A DNA stretch of 64,000 nucleotides. It comes from an uncultured Acidobacteriota bacterium. Its GTDB lineage: Bacteria > Acidobacteriota > Thermoanaerobaculia > Multivoradales > UBA5704. The notes beneath the pieces were generated by a model. The model was not told the DNA's origin. It ran no database searches and saw only the letters and a program-made list of their open reading frames with translations. The stretch is from the NCBI GenBank assembly GCA_963700145.1, contig OY969474.1, positions 1,888,001 to 1,952,000 on the forward strand. The letters are read 5' to 3'. Shown one piece after another: positions 35,973 to 46,360 of this stretch. Each line of letters begins with the position of its first letter. Position 1 is the first letter of the stretch. Both the position numbers and the translations under genes were made by a program.

Positions 35973-37781
35973 ATGTCGATCCGCACCCTGTCGGAGCTGT
36001 TCCTGAAGACCGCCGCCTACGACAAGGCCGAGCATCTGATGCACAAGGTCGGCGGCCGCTACGAGGCGGTCTCGACCGCCGAGCTGGTGGACCGCGTGCG
36101 GCGGCTGGCCAAGGCGCTCCAGGACCTCGGCGTCCAGCCCGGCGAGCGGGTGGGGCTGATGTCGGAGAACGCCCCGCACTGGCCGACGATCGACTTCGCC
36201 GTCCTCTCGCTCGGCGCCGTCGTGGTGCCGATCTACCCCACCCTCCTTCCCGACCAGGCGGCCTTCATCGCCAACGACTGCGGCGCCAAGATCCTCTTCC
36301 TCGAGACCCAGGCGCACCTCGACGGCCTGCTCGGCGAGAGCGCCAACACCCCGGCCGTCGTGCGCTACGTGGCGATCCGCGGCACCTCCAGCGACCCGCG
36401 GGTCACTACCCTCGACGCCCTCCTCGAGGCCGGCGCCGGCGTCGATCCGGCCTGGTTCGAGGAGCGCGCGCGCTCGCCCAAGCCCGAGGACCTCGCCACC
36501 TTCATCTACACCAGCGGCACGACCGGCAAGCCCAAGGGCGTCATGCTCACCCACCACAACATCGCCTCGAACGTCGTGTCGGCGATGGAGGTGCTGCCGG
36601 TCGAGGGGCGCTTCACCGCCCTCTCTTTCCTCCCGCTCTCCCACTCCTTCGAGCGCACCGTCGACTACGCCTACTTCTACAAGGGGTGCACGATCGCCTA
36701 CGCCGAGTCGGTGCAGGCGGTGGCGCAGAACCTCCAGGAGGTCAAGCCGCACGTCTTCGTCTCGGTGCCGCGGGTCTACGAGAAGGTGCTGTCGCGGGTG
36801 CAGGAGAGTGTGGCGACGAGCCCGCCGACCAAGCAGAAGATCTTCGCCTGGGCCAACGCGGTGGGGCGGCAGGCGCTGCCCTGGCGCCTCAAGCTGCAGA
36901 CGCCGCCGGGTCTCCTCGGCTTCAAGCTCAAGCTCGCCGACAAGCTGGTCTTCCACAAGATCCGCGAGCGGCTCGGCGGGCGCTTCCAGTTCGCGCTCTC
37001 GGGCGGCGCGCCGCTCGGCCGCGACGTCGCCGAGTTCTTCTGGGGCGCCGGCATCCCGATCTACGAGGGGTACGGCCTCTCGGAGACCTCGCCGGTCATC
37101 ACCGTCAATCCGCCGGGGAACGTCAAGCTGGGCACCGTCGGCCCGCCGATCCCGGGGGTCGAGACCCGCATCGCCCCCGAGGACGGCGAGATCCTCGCCC
37201 GCGGCCCGAACATCATGAAGGGGTACTGGAACAACCCCGAAGGCACCGCCGAGGTCATCGACCCCGACGGCTGGTTCCACACCGGCGACATCGGCGAGGA
37301 GGACGAGGAGAAGTTCTTGACGATCACCGACCGGAAGAAGGAGCTGATCGTCAACGCCTACGGCAAGAACGTCGCGCCGGCGCCGATCGAGAACGCGCTC
37401 AAGTCCAGCCGCTACATCGGCCAGGCGGTGGTCCTCGGCGACCGCCGGCAGTTCCTCTCCGCCCTCGTCGTCCCCGACTTCGAGGTCCTGCGCTCCTGGG
37501 CGCAGCGGCAGGGGATCGCCGCGGCGGACGACAAGGCCCTGCTCGCCGAGCCGCGCGTGCGCGAGCTGATCGGCAAGGAGGTCGACGCGGTCAACCAGAA
37601 CCTGGCGCACTACGAGCAGATCGTGACCTGGGACCTGCTGCCGAAGGAGTTCACGCTCGAGACCGGCGAGCTGACGCCGACCCAGAAGGTCAAGCGGCGG
37701 GTGGTCAACGAGAAGTACGGCGACGTCATCGACCGCCTCTACGCCGCCGCCGACGCCGGCAAGAAGGCGGCCGCGTCCTAG
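35973..37781 (+). CDS. fadD: Long-chain fatty acid--CoA ligase
   Basis: YTSGTTGKPKG, FLPLSH, EGYGLSET, WFHTGD, ELTPTQKVKR. Confidence 0.92.
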   Translation: MSIRTLSELFLKTAAYDKAEHLMHKVGGRYEAVSTAELVDRVRRLAKALQDLGVQPGERVGLMSENAPHWPTIDFAVLSLGAVVVPIYPTLLPDQAAFIANDCGAKILFLETQAHLDGLLGESANTPAVVRYVAIRGTSSDPRVTTLDALLEAGAGVDPAWFEERARSPKPEDLATFIYTSGTTGKPKGVMLTHHNIASNVVSAMEVLPVEGRFTALSFLPLSHSFERTVDYAYFYKGCTIAYAESVQAVAQNLQEVKPHVFVSVPRVYEKVLSRVQESVATSPPTKQKIFAWANAVGRQALPWRLKLQTPPGLLGFKLKLADKLVFHKIRERLGGRFQFALSGGAPLGRDVAEFFWGAGIPIYEGYGLSETSPVITVNPPGNVKLGTVGPPIPGVETRIAPEDGEILARGPNIMKGYWNNPEGTAEVIDPDGWFHTGDIGEEDEEKFLTITDRKKELIVNAYGKNVAPAPIENALKSSRYIGQAVVLGDRRQFLSALVVPDFEVLRSWAQRQGIAAADDKALLAEPRVRELIGKEVDAVNQNLAHYEQIVTWDLLPKEFTLETGELTPTQKVKRRVVNEKYGDVIDRLYAAADAGKKAAAS

Positions 37782-39967
37782 TGGTCGAGACATCCAACTT
37801 CCACCTGGCGGTCGGCGGCAACCGCCTCGCCACGCTCACCTTCGACGCTCCCGAGCGCAAGGTCAACGTCTTCTCGCGCACGGCGCTGCTCGAGCTCGAG
37901 CGGCTGCTCGCCGAGCTCGCCGGCCGCAGCGACATCGGCTGCCTCGTCCTCCTCTCCGGCAAGGAGACGAGCTTCATCGCCGGCGCCGACCTCGACGAGA
38001 TCGCCCGCGTCACCGACCTGGTCGAAGCCGAAGCCGGGGCGCGCGTCGGGCAGCGCCTCTTCGCCGCCTGGGAGGCGCTCCCCTTCCCCACCGTGGCGGC
38101 GATCCGCGGCATCTGCCTGGGCGGCGGCACCGAGATCTCCTTGGCCTCCACCTTCCGCGTGGCGAGCGATCGGGCGGACACCCGCATCGGCCTGCCGGAG
38201 GTGCGGCTGGGCATCCTCCCCGCCTGGGGGGGCTCGGTGCGGCTGCCGCGGCGGATCGGCGTCACCGCGGCGCTCGACATGATCCTGACCGGCAAGACCG
38301 TCTCCGGGCGCAGCGCGCTCAAGAGCGGCCTCGTCGACGCGCTCCTCCCCGAGGCGCGCTTCTTCGACCTGGTGCGCGACTTCGCCCTGGCGCGCCTCGA
38401 CCGCGGCGCCGGCAAGCCGCGCAAGGAGGCCGGCGGGGAGGCGCACGGCGGCGGCGGCTGGAAGGGCCTGCTGCTCGAGAAGAACCCGCTGGGGAGGAAG
38501 ATCGTCTTCGACCAGGCGCGGAAGAAGACCCTGGAGCAGACCAAGGGGCACTACCCGGCGCCGCTGCGGGCGCTGGAGGTGGTGCGGATCGGGGTCGAGG
38601 ACAGGCCGCGCGCCGGCTTCGACGCCGAGGCGCGGGCCGTCGCCGAGCTCGCCACCGGCCGCGTGTCGAAAAACCTCGTGCACGTCTTCCGGCTGACCGA
38701 GGAGTCCAAGAAGGACCCCGGGCTGCCAGGCGGCGAGGCGCGGCCGGTGCGCGCGGTGGCAGTGCTCGGGGCGGGCACCATGGGCGGCGGCATCGCCCAG
38801 CTCGTGGCGCAGGAGGCGGGCGTGCCGGTGCGGCTCAAGGACGTGGACGCCGGCGCCCTGGCCCGCGGCATGGAGCACGCCGCCGGGCTCTTCGACCGCC
38901 TGGTCAAGAAGCGCCGCCTCTCGCGCGCCGAGGAGCGGCGGCGGCTGGCGCTCATCCAGCCCACCCTCGACTACTCGGGCTTCGGCCGCGCCGACCTGGT
39001 CATCGAGGCGATCGTCGAAAAGCTCCCCGTCAAGCAGGCGGTCTTCGCCGAGGCGGCGGCGGTGGTGCCGGAGACGGCGATCCTGGCCTCCAACACCTCG
39101 TCGCTGCCGATCGCCGCCATCGGCGAGAAGGTGCCGCGGCGCGAGCGCGTCGTCGGCATGCACTTCTTCAACCCCGTCCACCGCATGCCGCTCATCGAGG
39201 TGATCGCCGCCGAGACGACAGGCGCCACCGCGGTCAACACCGTCTTCGCCTTCGCCCGCCGCCTCGGCAAGACGCCGGTGCTGGTCAAGGACACGCCGGG
39301 CTTTCTGGTCAACCGCCTGCTGATGGTCTACTCGGCCGAGGCGCTCTGGCTCCTCGACGAGGGGCACTCGATCGAGGACGTGGACCGCGCGATGGTCGAG
39401 TGGGGGATGCCGATAGGGCCGCTGGCCCTCACCGACGAGGTGGGGATCGACGTCGCCGGCCACGTCGCCCGCTTCCTCCAGGAGTCGTTCCCCGACCGCG
39501 TCTCGCTGCCCGCCTGGCTGGAGAAGGCCGCCGCGCCCGACCGCCTGGGCACCAAGACCGGCCGCGGCTTCTACCGCTACGACGGGCGCGAGCGGAAGGA
39601 CCCCGACCCGGCGGTCTACGAGCTGCTGGGCCTCTCGCCGCGCGTCCAGTCCCCCGACCCCGGGCTCCTCGCCGACCGCATGGTGCTGCCGATGGTCAAC
39701 GAGGCCGCCCGCTGCCTCGCCGAGGGGGTGGTACGCAGCGCCGCCGAGCTCGACGTCGCGATGATCTTCGGCACCGGCTTCCCGCCCTTCCGCGGCGGCC
39801 TCTGCCGCTGGGCCGACCAGGAGGGGGTGGACACCCTCGTCGCCACCCTGGAGCGGCTGGAGAGCGCGGTCTCCGAGCGCTACCGTCCGTCGGAGGCGCT
39901 GCGCGAGACGGCCGCCGCGGGAGGCTTCTACGCGCGCTTCCCAACGGGCGGCCCTGTCCCCTCCTGA
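37781..39967 (+). CDS. fadJ: Fatty-acid oxidation multifunctional enzyme (enoyl-CoA hydratase/3-hydroxyacyl-CoA dehydrogenase)
   Basis: FIAGAD, GLPEV, GAGTMGGG, ASNTSSL, GMHFFNP, GTGFPPFRGG; GTG start overlaps the fadD stop. Confidence 0.9.
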   Translation: MVETSNFHLAVGGNRLATLTFDAPERKVNVFSRTALLELERLLAELAGRSDIGCLVLLSGKETSFIAGADLDEIARVTDLVEAEAGARVGQRLFAAWEALPFPTVAAIRGICLGGGTEISLASTFRVASDRADTRIGLPEVRLGILPAWGGSVRLPRRIGVTAALDMILTGKTVSGRSALKSGLVDALLPEARFFDLVRDFALARLDRGAGKPRKEAGGEAHGGGGWKGLLLEKNPLGRKIVFDQARKKTLEQTKGHYPAPLRALEVVRIGVEDRPRAGFDAEARAVAELATGRVSKNLVHVFRLTEESKKDPGLPGGEARPVRAVAVLGAGTMGGGIAQLVAQEAGVPVRLKDVDAGALARGMEHAAGLFDRLVKKRRLSRAEERRRLALIQPTLDYSGFGRADLVIEAIVEKLPVKQAVFAEAAAVVPETAILASNTSSLPIAAIGEKVPRRERVVGMHFFNPVHRMPLIEVIAAETTGATAVNTVFAFARRLGKTPVLVKDTPGFLVNRLLMVYSAEALWLLDEGHSIEDVDRAMVEWGMPIGPLALTDEVGIDVAGHVARFLQESFPDRVSLPAWLEKAAAPDRLGTKTGRGFYRYDGRERKDPDPAVYELLGLSPRVQSPDPGLLADRMVLPMVNEAARCLAEGVVRSAAELDVAMIFGTGFPPFRGGLCRWADQEGVDTLVATLERLESAVSERYRPSEALRETAAAGGFYARFPTGGPVPS

Positions 39968-40044
39968 GGACGAGCCGGGGGCGCCCGGCGGGCTGAACCG
40001 CTGGTCTACCCCTTGCTACTCACTAGTCTGAAAGGAGGATCGCC

Positions 40045-41151
40045 ATGATCCGATGGAAACGCGCTACGCCTCTCGCTTTGGCGGCGGTGCTCCTGGCCCC
40101 GCTCGCCGTGGCCGCGCAGCAGGAGCCGCCGGCCGGCGAGGTTCGCGAGCAGGTCGAGGTCACCGAGGTGCTCCTCGACGTGCTGGTGACCGACTCCCGC
40201 GGCAACGTCATCCTCGGCCTGGACGAGAGCGACTTCGTGGTCACCGAGGACGGCAAGCCGATCGAGCTGACCGACGCCGTCTTCTACTCCAACCGCCGGC
40301 TGCTCGACCCGCCGGTGGCCGCCGCCAACGTCCGCCGTCCCGAGGTCTCGCAGGGGACCGAGGACCGTTACTTCATCCTCTTCCTCGACGACCAGCGCAG
40401 CGCCGCCCTCGAGGCGCCGAGCCTGCTGACGCAGCAGATGGAGGCGGTGCGGCGGGCCCGCGAGTGGGTGGCGACCGAGCTCGTCCCCGGCGACCACGTC
40501 GCGGTGGTGAGCTACGACAAGAAGCTGAAGGTCCACCAGGACTTCACCGCCGACCGCCAGGCGCTCGACGCGGCGCTCAAGGCGGCCGGCAAGGGCAAGG
40601 ACGACGACGGCAACTGGCCGTCGCGGATCGAAGGCCAGGTCGGCACCTCGCTGCGCGCCGCCCTGCCGCGCGGCGACGAGCTGCGCGACCGCACGGCCAA
40701 CATCTACGAGGCGCTGCAGGTGCTGGGCGAGGCCGCCGGCGCCGTCCGCGGCCGCAAGAACCTGCTCTACCTGGGCATCGGCTTCGGCCGCATCAACAAC
40801 TTCGGCCAGTACACGCCGGACCCGCGCTACTACGACGACACGGTGCGGGCGCTCAACGACAACAACGTCGCCTTCTACGCCCTCGACCTGACGCCGGCGG
40901 GGACCCAGCACGTGCTCGCCGACGCGCTCAACCAGATCTCGGGCGACACCGGCGGCAAGTACTACTTCAACACCGTCAACTTCTTGACCCCGCTGCGCCA
41001 GGTCTCGGAGGAGAACAGCGGTTACTACCTGCTGAGCTATAAGGCCACCCACCCGGCGGGCGCCAAGGGCTTCCAGCGGGTGCAGGTGCACACCGCGAAC
41101 CCCGAGTTCCGCCTGCGGGCGCGCGAAGGGTACGTATTCGGGGAGAGTTGA
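40045..41151 (+). CDS. VWFA-related acidobacterial domain protein (exported)
   Basis: Signal peptide; VLLDVLVTD..GN.I.GL...DF.VTEDGK; GRKNLL; TGG; YYLLSY; RAREGY. Confidence 0.85.
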   Translation: MIRWKRATPLALAAVLLAPLAVAAQQEPPAGEVREQVEVTEVLLDVLVTDSRGNVILGLDESDFVVTEDGKPIELTDAVFYSNRRLLDPPVAAANVRRPEVSQGTEDRYFILFLDDQRSAALEAPSLLTQQMEAVRRAREWVATELVPGDHVAVVSYDKKLKVHQDFTADRQALDAALKAAGKGKDDDGNWPSRIEGQVGTSLRAALPRGDELRDRTANIYEALQVLGEAAGAVRGRKNLLYLGIGFGRINNFGQYTPDPRYYDDTVRALNDNNVAFYALDLTPAGTQHVLADALNQISGDTGGKYYFNTVNFLTPLRQVSEENSGYYLLSYKATHPAGAKGFQRVQVHTANPEFRLRAREGYVFGES

Positions 41152-41500
41152 GTAAGTAGAGGACAGCGGACGCCTCGGCGGCCGGCGATTGGGCTGGGTC
41201 GGCCGCCCGAGTGCGTAAGTAGAGGACCAAAACCGCTTCGCGCCCGGCCGATTGCGTAAGTTGAGGACCGAATGGGCTGGGTCTGCGGCTCAACTGCGTA
41301 AGTTGAGGACGAAACCCAGCCAGTCGGCCGGACGAACCGCGTAGGTTGAGGACCAAAACCGCCATTTCGGCACCCGACCCACCCCAAACGCCCGGCAAAC
41401 CGCGTAGGTTGAGGACCGCGAAGCCCCAATCATCCGCCGAACCGCGTAAGTAGAGGACAGGAGCGCCCCATCGGAGCGCCGAACCGCGTAAGTTGAGGAC
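41149..41500. repeat. Interspaced repeat array: 8 copies of (GC)GTA[AG]GT[AT]GAGGAC with variable spacers
   Basis: Core starts at 41152, 41215, 41256, 41298, 41341, 41404, 41446, 41488 (periods 63, 41, 42, 43, 63, 42, 42). Confidence 0.85.
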
Positions 41501-41517
41501 AGCCTCACTTGCCTGGG

Positions 41518-41925
41518 CTAGGCCTTCGCACCTGCCTTCGCCGGCGGGCCATTCCGGGCCACCGCGGCCTTCACCAGCGCCTTGAACGCGCGCGCGTCGA
41601 CCTTCTCCCCTTCGTGGATGTCGATCGCCCTTCGCGTGTTGCCTGTCAAGCTGGAATTGAAGAGGCGCGACGGGTCCGGGACGCCGGCCCCCCGGGCGAA
41701 CGTGAGCTTCACGACCTTCGTGTACGCCTCCCCGGTGCAGACGATCCCGTGGTGCGACCAGACCGGATTGCTCCACTTCCACTCCTCGGTCATCTCGGGG
41801 TCGGCTTCCAGGATCAGCGCCCGCATGCGGGCCAGGGTCTCCCCGCGCCATCCCTCCAGGTCGCGGATCCGCTGGTCGATGAGCCGGGAAGCGGGTTCCC
41901 CGGTCGCTGGCTCACGGCTCGTCAT
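41518..41925 (-). CDS. DUF1801 (YdhG-like) protein
   Basis: WRGETLARMRALILEADP...EEWKW..PVW, LFNSSL.GNTRRAID. Confidence 0.85.
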   Translation of the reverse strand: MTSREPATGEPASRLIDQRIRDLEGWRGETLARMRALILEADPEMTEEWKWSNPVWSHHGIVCTGEAYTKVVKLTFARGAGVPDPSRLFNSSLTGNTRRAIDIHEGEKVDARAFKALVKAAVARNGPPAKAGAKA

Positions 41926-41944
41926 ACCCGTCACGCGTTCCGGT

Positions 41945-44470
41945 CTAGCGCCCGATGCGGTAGTTCAGCCGGGCGAAGTAGTAGCCGCCGTTGATGCCGA
42001 AGGGCAGCGTCTCCCAGCCGTAGGTGAAGCCGAGCTGCGGGAAGGGGAAGGCGTTGACCGGGTCCCACTCGTCCGGGTACTCGTCGAAGATGTTGAGGCC
42101 GCCGATCGTGAACTTCAGGTCGTCGTTGATGTTGTAGCCGATCGACAGGTCGGTGAGCCACTTGGCGCCCCAGGTCTGGGTGAAGCCGGGGGTGAAGCCC
42201 TGGCCCGCTACCTCGCCGAAGTAGTTGAAGCGCAGGTTCGTCGTCCAGTCGCCGGCGTACCAGGTGCCGGAGAGGACGTAGTGCTCGCTCGGCTGCCCCT
42301 CCTCGAGGAGCGTCACCTGCGCGTTGTCGAAGAGCACCGGCGCCGGCAGGATGCTCGACGACGAGCGCCGTGCCGTCACCTCGGTGTCGTTGAAGTGGAA
42401 GGCGCCCTCGAGGCTGAGCAGCGAGTTGGCGCCGAGCGTCCAGTCGTAGAGGGCGACGACGTCGAGGCCGTCGGTCTGGGTGTCGATGGCGTTGGTGAAG
42501 AAGAGCACCTGGCCGACGTTGAGGCTGTTGAGGATGTTGTCGATCGCGGCCGACGTTCCCAGCCCGATGTTGCTCGAGAAGACGATGCGGTCGTCGATGT
42601 CGATGCGGTAGACGTCCACCGTCAGCCGGAAGTTCTCGCTCGGCTTGGCCACCAGGCCGAACGAGTAGCTCTGGGAGGTCTCCTCGTCGAGCGCCGGCAC
42701 GCCGAAGGCGCTGGTGACGGCGCCCCCCTGCCGCGCGGTCAGGGTGTCGGTCAGGATGCCGGCGGCGTTGAGGTTCGTGGACCGCTGGCTGAAGAACTGC
42801 TGCTGCACGCTGGGCGCGCGGAAGCCGGTCGAGAGCGTGCCGCGCAGCGAGACGCGGTCGCTGAGATCGAACCGTCCCGAGAGCTTGCCGTTGACCGTGC
42901 TGCCGAAGTCGGAGTAGTCCTCGAAGCGCAGCGCCAGGCCGGCGAGGAAGCGGTCGGAGATCGGCGACTCCAGGTCGAGGTAGAGCCCGGTGTTGTTGCG
43001 GTCGTCGTTCACCGCCTCGCGCGGCGACCAGCCGGGGAAGCCCTGCGTGCCGGGCTGGGCGAGGCTGCCGTCCTGGGCGAGGATGCGGATCGCGCGGTTG
43101 TCGGTGCGGCCGTACTCGTAGGAGGCCTCGTCGCCCGGCTCGATCTCGTACCCCTCCTCGCGGAACTCGGCGCCCAGGGCGACGAACAGCGGGCCGTCCC
43201 CGAACCCCCAGTCGACCTGGCCCCTGAAGTCGAGGTTCAAGGCGAGCTGGTCGAACTTGAGGGTGCCGGTGTCGGCGGCGAGCGGCGACGCGGCGAAGCG
43301 CGGGCCGGTCGGGTTGGCCGGGTTGGTCGGCTCGAACCAGTAGCTGACGTTGATCGTGTTCTCTTCGCGGAAGGCGAACTCGCTGGCGCCGTAGTTGGCG
43401 CTCAGGTCCCAGCTCCAGTCGCCGCCGCCGAGCGGCGCCTTGTAGCCGACGACGAGCGAGGTGTCGGTGGGCTCGGTGATGATCGTCGGCAGGAAGCCGT
43501 TGGGGTAGACCGCGGGCACGGTGCGGGCGTCGCCCGCGGTGCGGAAGAAGCCCGAGGAGTTGGTCTCGCGCTGCGAGTGCCCGCCGAAGGCGTAGAGGTC
43601 GCCGCCGCCGGCCGGGATCGAGGCGTTCAGCCAGAGCAGGGCGTCCTGGGCGTCGGAGTCGCCGATGCGCTGGGTCACCCGCGCCGGGGTGACGCGCAGC
43701 GAGTCCGGGCCGGCGCGGTTGGTCTCGCCGCGGTCGCGGTACTCGACGCTCAAGTTGAGGAAGCCCTCCGCGCCGAGCCCCCAGCCGGTGTTGACGGCGC
43801 CGCTCAGGACGTCGCCGTCGCCCTCGTAGGTCGAGCCCGCGTCGACGGTCAGGTCGGTGCGGTTGGTCTGGCTCTTGAGGATGATGTTGATGACCCCGGC
43901 GATGGCGTCGGAGCCGTACTGGGCGGCGGCGCCGTCGCGCAGCACCTCGATCCGCTCGATCGCCGAGGCGGGGATGGCGTTGATGTCGGTCCCCGACTCG
44001 CCGCGGGCGATGGTCTGCTGCACGTTGAGGTGGGCCGTGGTGTGCCGGCGCTTGCCGTTGACCAGGATCAGCACCTGGTCCGAGCCCAAGGCGCGCAGCG
44101 TCGCCGGCCGGATGGCGTCGGTGCCGTCGCTGATGTACGTCGTCGAGAAGTTGAACGACGGCGCCAGGAGCTGGAGGATCTTGCCGGTCTCGGTGGCGCC
44201 GCTCCGTTCGATGGCCTCGGCGTTGATGATGTCGACCGGCGATGGGGTGTCGGTCGCCGTCCGTCCTTCGACGCGCGTGCCGGTGACCGTGATCTCGTCG
44301 GTGACGACCCCTTCGACGCCCTCCTCCTCGGCGGCGGCCGCCTCCTCCTCCTGGGCCTCCTCGGCCGGGGGCTCCTGCTGCGCTAGGGCGGGGCCGCACG
44401 CCAGGGCCAGGACGAGGGCCGCGACGGCGAGCTTTCTCACGAGTTCAGACAACGATTCTGGGGTGGTCAT
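41945..44470 (-). CDS. TonB-dependent receptor
   Basis: EITVTGTR, plug LILVNGKRRH, IERIEVLRDGAAAQYGSDAIAGVINIILK, STGFRAPS, terminal beta strand. Confidence 0.93.
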   Translation of the reverse strand: MTTPESLSELVRKLAVAALVLALACGPALAQQEPPAEEAQEEEAAAAEEEGVEGVVTDEITVTGTRVEGRTATDTPSPVDIINAEAIERSGATETGKILQLLAPSFNFSTTYISDGTDAIRPATLRALGSDQVLILVNGKRRHTTAHLNVQQTIARGESGTDINAIPASAIERIEVLRDGAAAQYGSDAIAGVINIILKSQTNRTDLTVDAGSTYEGDGDVLSGAVNTGWGLGAEGFLNLSVEYRDRGETNRAGPDSLRVTPARVTQRIGDSDAQDALLWLNASIPAGGGDLYAFGGHSQRETNSSGFFRTAGDARTVPAVYPNGFLPTIITEPTDTSLVVGYKAPLGGGDWSWDLSANYGASEFAFREENTINVSYWFEPTNPANPTGPRFAASPLAADTGTLKFDQLALNLDFRGQVDWGFGDGPLFVALGAEFREEGYEIEPGDEASYEYGRTDNRAIRILAQDGSLAQPGTQGFPGWSPREAVNDDRNNTGLYLDLESPISDRFLAGLALRFEDYSDFGSTVNGKLSGRFDLSDRVSLRGTLSTGFRAPSVQQQFFSQRSTNLNAAGILTDTLTARQGGAVTSAFGVPALDEETSQSYSFGLVAKPSENFRLTVDVYRIDIDDRIVFSSNIGLGTSAAIDNILNSLNVGQVLFFTNAIDTQTDGLDVVALYDWTLGANSLLSLEGAFHFNDTEVTARRSSSSILPAPVLFDNAQVTLLEEGQPSEHYVLSGTWYAGDWTTNLRFNYFGEVAGQGFTPGFTQTWGAKWLTDLSIGYNINDDLKFTIGGLNIFDEYPDEWDPVNAFPFPQLGFTYGWETLPFGINGGYYFARLNYRIGR

Positions 44471-44546
44471 CGTTTCTGCCCTCCAAGGGATCACTGTGTT
44501 GTTCTGCGCTACCTTAGGACAAGGTGCGCGGGGGCGCAAATGGCGC

Positions 44547-46283
44547 TCAGGCCAGGGCGTCGACGCGGGAGCGCAGCCGCTCCAGGCCCTGCTGGACCTC
44601 CGCCAGCTCACTCTGGGAGGTCTCCAGCCGCTCGCGCTCGGCGCGCACGAAGCGGGTGTAGGGGGCGATCGACTCGAGGATCCGGTGGACGCTCGACTCG
44701 ATCTCGCGGTCGAACTGGCCGGTGAGGGAGCCCATGAGCTGCTCGCGCAGGGCGGCGATCTTCTGCCGCAGCTCGCGCTTGGCGTCGCGCCGGCGGTTGG
44801 GGATGATGAAGAATCCGAGCACCGCCACGACGCTCGCCGCCAGGATGCCCGTGGCGTCCACCGCCGCCGAGGCGGCGAGGTGGGTGATGATCGCGCCGAG
44901 GCCGATGGCGGTGACCTCGACCAGCGCCGTGCCCGCCACCGCCACCTGCACCGACTCGGCGATCCGGTTGGCCTCCCCCTCCCGGTCGTAGCTCTCGACC
45001 GAGCGCTGCGCCGCCCGCCCGACGGTGTCGAGGAGATGGGCGCGGTCGAAGTCGAAGCTCCGCCCCACCTGCCCGACGATGCGGTCGGCGTGCACCTGCC
45101 GGCGGCGCAGCAGGTGCTCGTTGATCGCCTGCCACTGCCGCAGGTCGCTCGCCACCAGCCAGTCGATCACCTCCCCCACCCGCCGCTCGATCCGCTGCGG
45201 CGTGTCGCCCACCACCTGGCGCTCGAACTCGGCCTTCATCCGCGCCTTGTTGAGCAGGTCGATCACCCGGCCGATGCGCATCGTCTCGTCGAAGAAGGCG
45301 ACTCCGCGGTTCTCGAACTCGTGGAGGATGGCGTCGACGTCGGCCAGGCGGAAGCGGAACTCGCGCCCCATGTCCTCCTGGTAAAGGGCGAGCTGGCGCT
45401 CGAGGTCCTCGAGGGTCGCGAAGTCGGCCTGCAGGAGATCCAGCCGGCCGCGGGCGATCTCCAGGTACTTGCCGACCAGGTGGAGCCCGACGCCCAGCGG
45501 GTTCATGAGCTTCAACCGCACCCGCTCCTTCTCGTCGAGCGTGTCGTGGACGTAGCGCTCGAGGGCGTCGAAGCGGCTGGCGGCGAGGAGCTGCGCGTCG
45601 CCCGCCTCCTTCGCCTTGAGCGCCTGGCGGGCCGAGACCGGGAAGATCTCGGGCGCGGCGCCGAGGAGAGCGCGCGAGTGCTCGGCGACGAAGGCGCGCA
45701 CCCGCTCGATGTCCTCGGCGCTGTCGAGGATGTCGATCTTGTTGATCACCACGACGACCTTCTTGCCCCAGTCGCGGATCCCCTCGAGGAAGCCGCGCTC
45801 GCTCTCGGTGAACGGGCGGTCGGCGGAGGTGACGAAGAGCACCATGTCCGAGCGCGGCACGAAGTCGCGGGTGATGGCCTCGTGCTCGCGCAGCACGGCG
45901 TTGGTGCCCGGGGTGTCGACGATGTGGATGTCGCGCAGCAGCTCGACGGGCGCCGTGACGCGGTCGACCTTCGACTCGGCGAAACCGCGCTCGTCGGCCT
46001 CGCCGTAGGTCAGGACGTGGATGCGGGTGGTGGTCGGGGTGACGCCTTCGTCGAGGACCTTCCTGCCGAGGAGGGCGTTGATGAAGGCGCTCTTGCCGGC
46101 GTTGAACTCGCCCGCCACCACCAGCAGGAAGAGCTCCTGGAGCTGCGCCAGCGAGCGCTGGATGGTGGCCTGGTCCTCGGCGGCGGCGTCGAAGTGCGCC
46201 AGCGCGCCCTGGAGCTCCGTGAGCAGCCGGCGGTTCTCGGCCAGCAGCTCGTCCTGCCGCTTGTTGAGGATTCGCCGCAGCAT
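44547..46283 (-). CDS. Bacterial dynamin-like GTPase
   Basis: GEFNAGKS, GVTPTT, VDTPG, NKID; late hydrophobic hairpin and coiled coil. Confidence 0.88.
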   Translation of the reverse strand: MLRRILNKRQDELLAENRRLLTELQGALAHFDAAAEDQATIQRSLAQLQELFLLVVAGEFNAGKSAFINALLGRKVLDEGVTPTTTRIHVLTYGEADERGFAESKVDRVTAPVELLRDIHIVDTPGTNAVLREHEAITRDFVPRSDMVLFVTSADRPFTESERGFLEGIRDWGKKVVVVINKIDILDSAEDIERVRAFVAEHSRALLGAAPEIFPVSARQALKAKEAGDAQLLAASRFDALERYVHDTLDEKERVRLKLMNPLGVGLHLVGKYLEIARGRLDLLQADFATLEDLERQLALYQEDMGREFRFRLADVDAILHEFENRGVAFFDETMRIGRVIDLLNKARMKAEFERQVVGDTPQRIERRVGEVIDWLVASDLRQWQAINEHLLRRRQVHADRIVGQVGRSFDFDRAHLLDTVGRAAQRSVESYDREGEANRIAESVQVAVAGTALVEVTAIGLGAIITHLAASAAVDATGILAASVVAVLGFFIIPNRRRDAKRELRQKIAALREQLMGSLTGQFDREIESSVHRILESIAPYTRFVRAERERLETSQSELAEVQQGLERLRSRVDALA

Positions 46284-46360
46284 CGCCGCCCCGCCCGCGG
46301 CAGGGTAGCACGGGGTGTGCCACCCCAGGCGGCGGTCAGCCGCCGTGTCCGATCAGGTGC

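Noticed and set aside
36686-37780. N-terminal 365 aa of the 1093-aa ORF as a FadJ extension
   Set aside because: It overlaps fadD out of frame; FadJ similarity starts at GTG 37781.
41149-41500. Canonical CRISPR array
   Set aside because: The repeat is only 13-15 bp and non-palindromic, spacers fall into two discrete length classes, and there is no cas gene or leader in the window. Kept as an unexplained repeat array instead.
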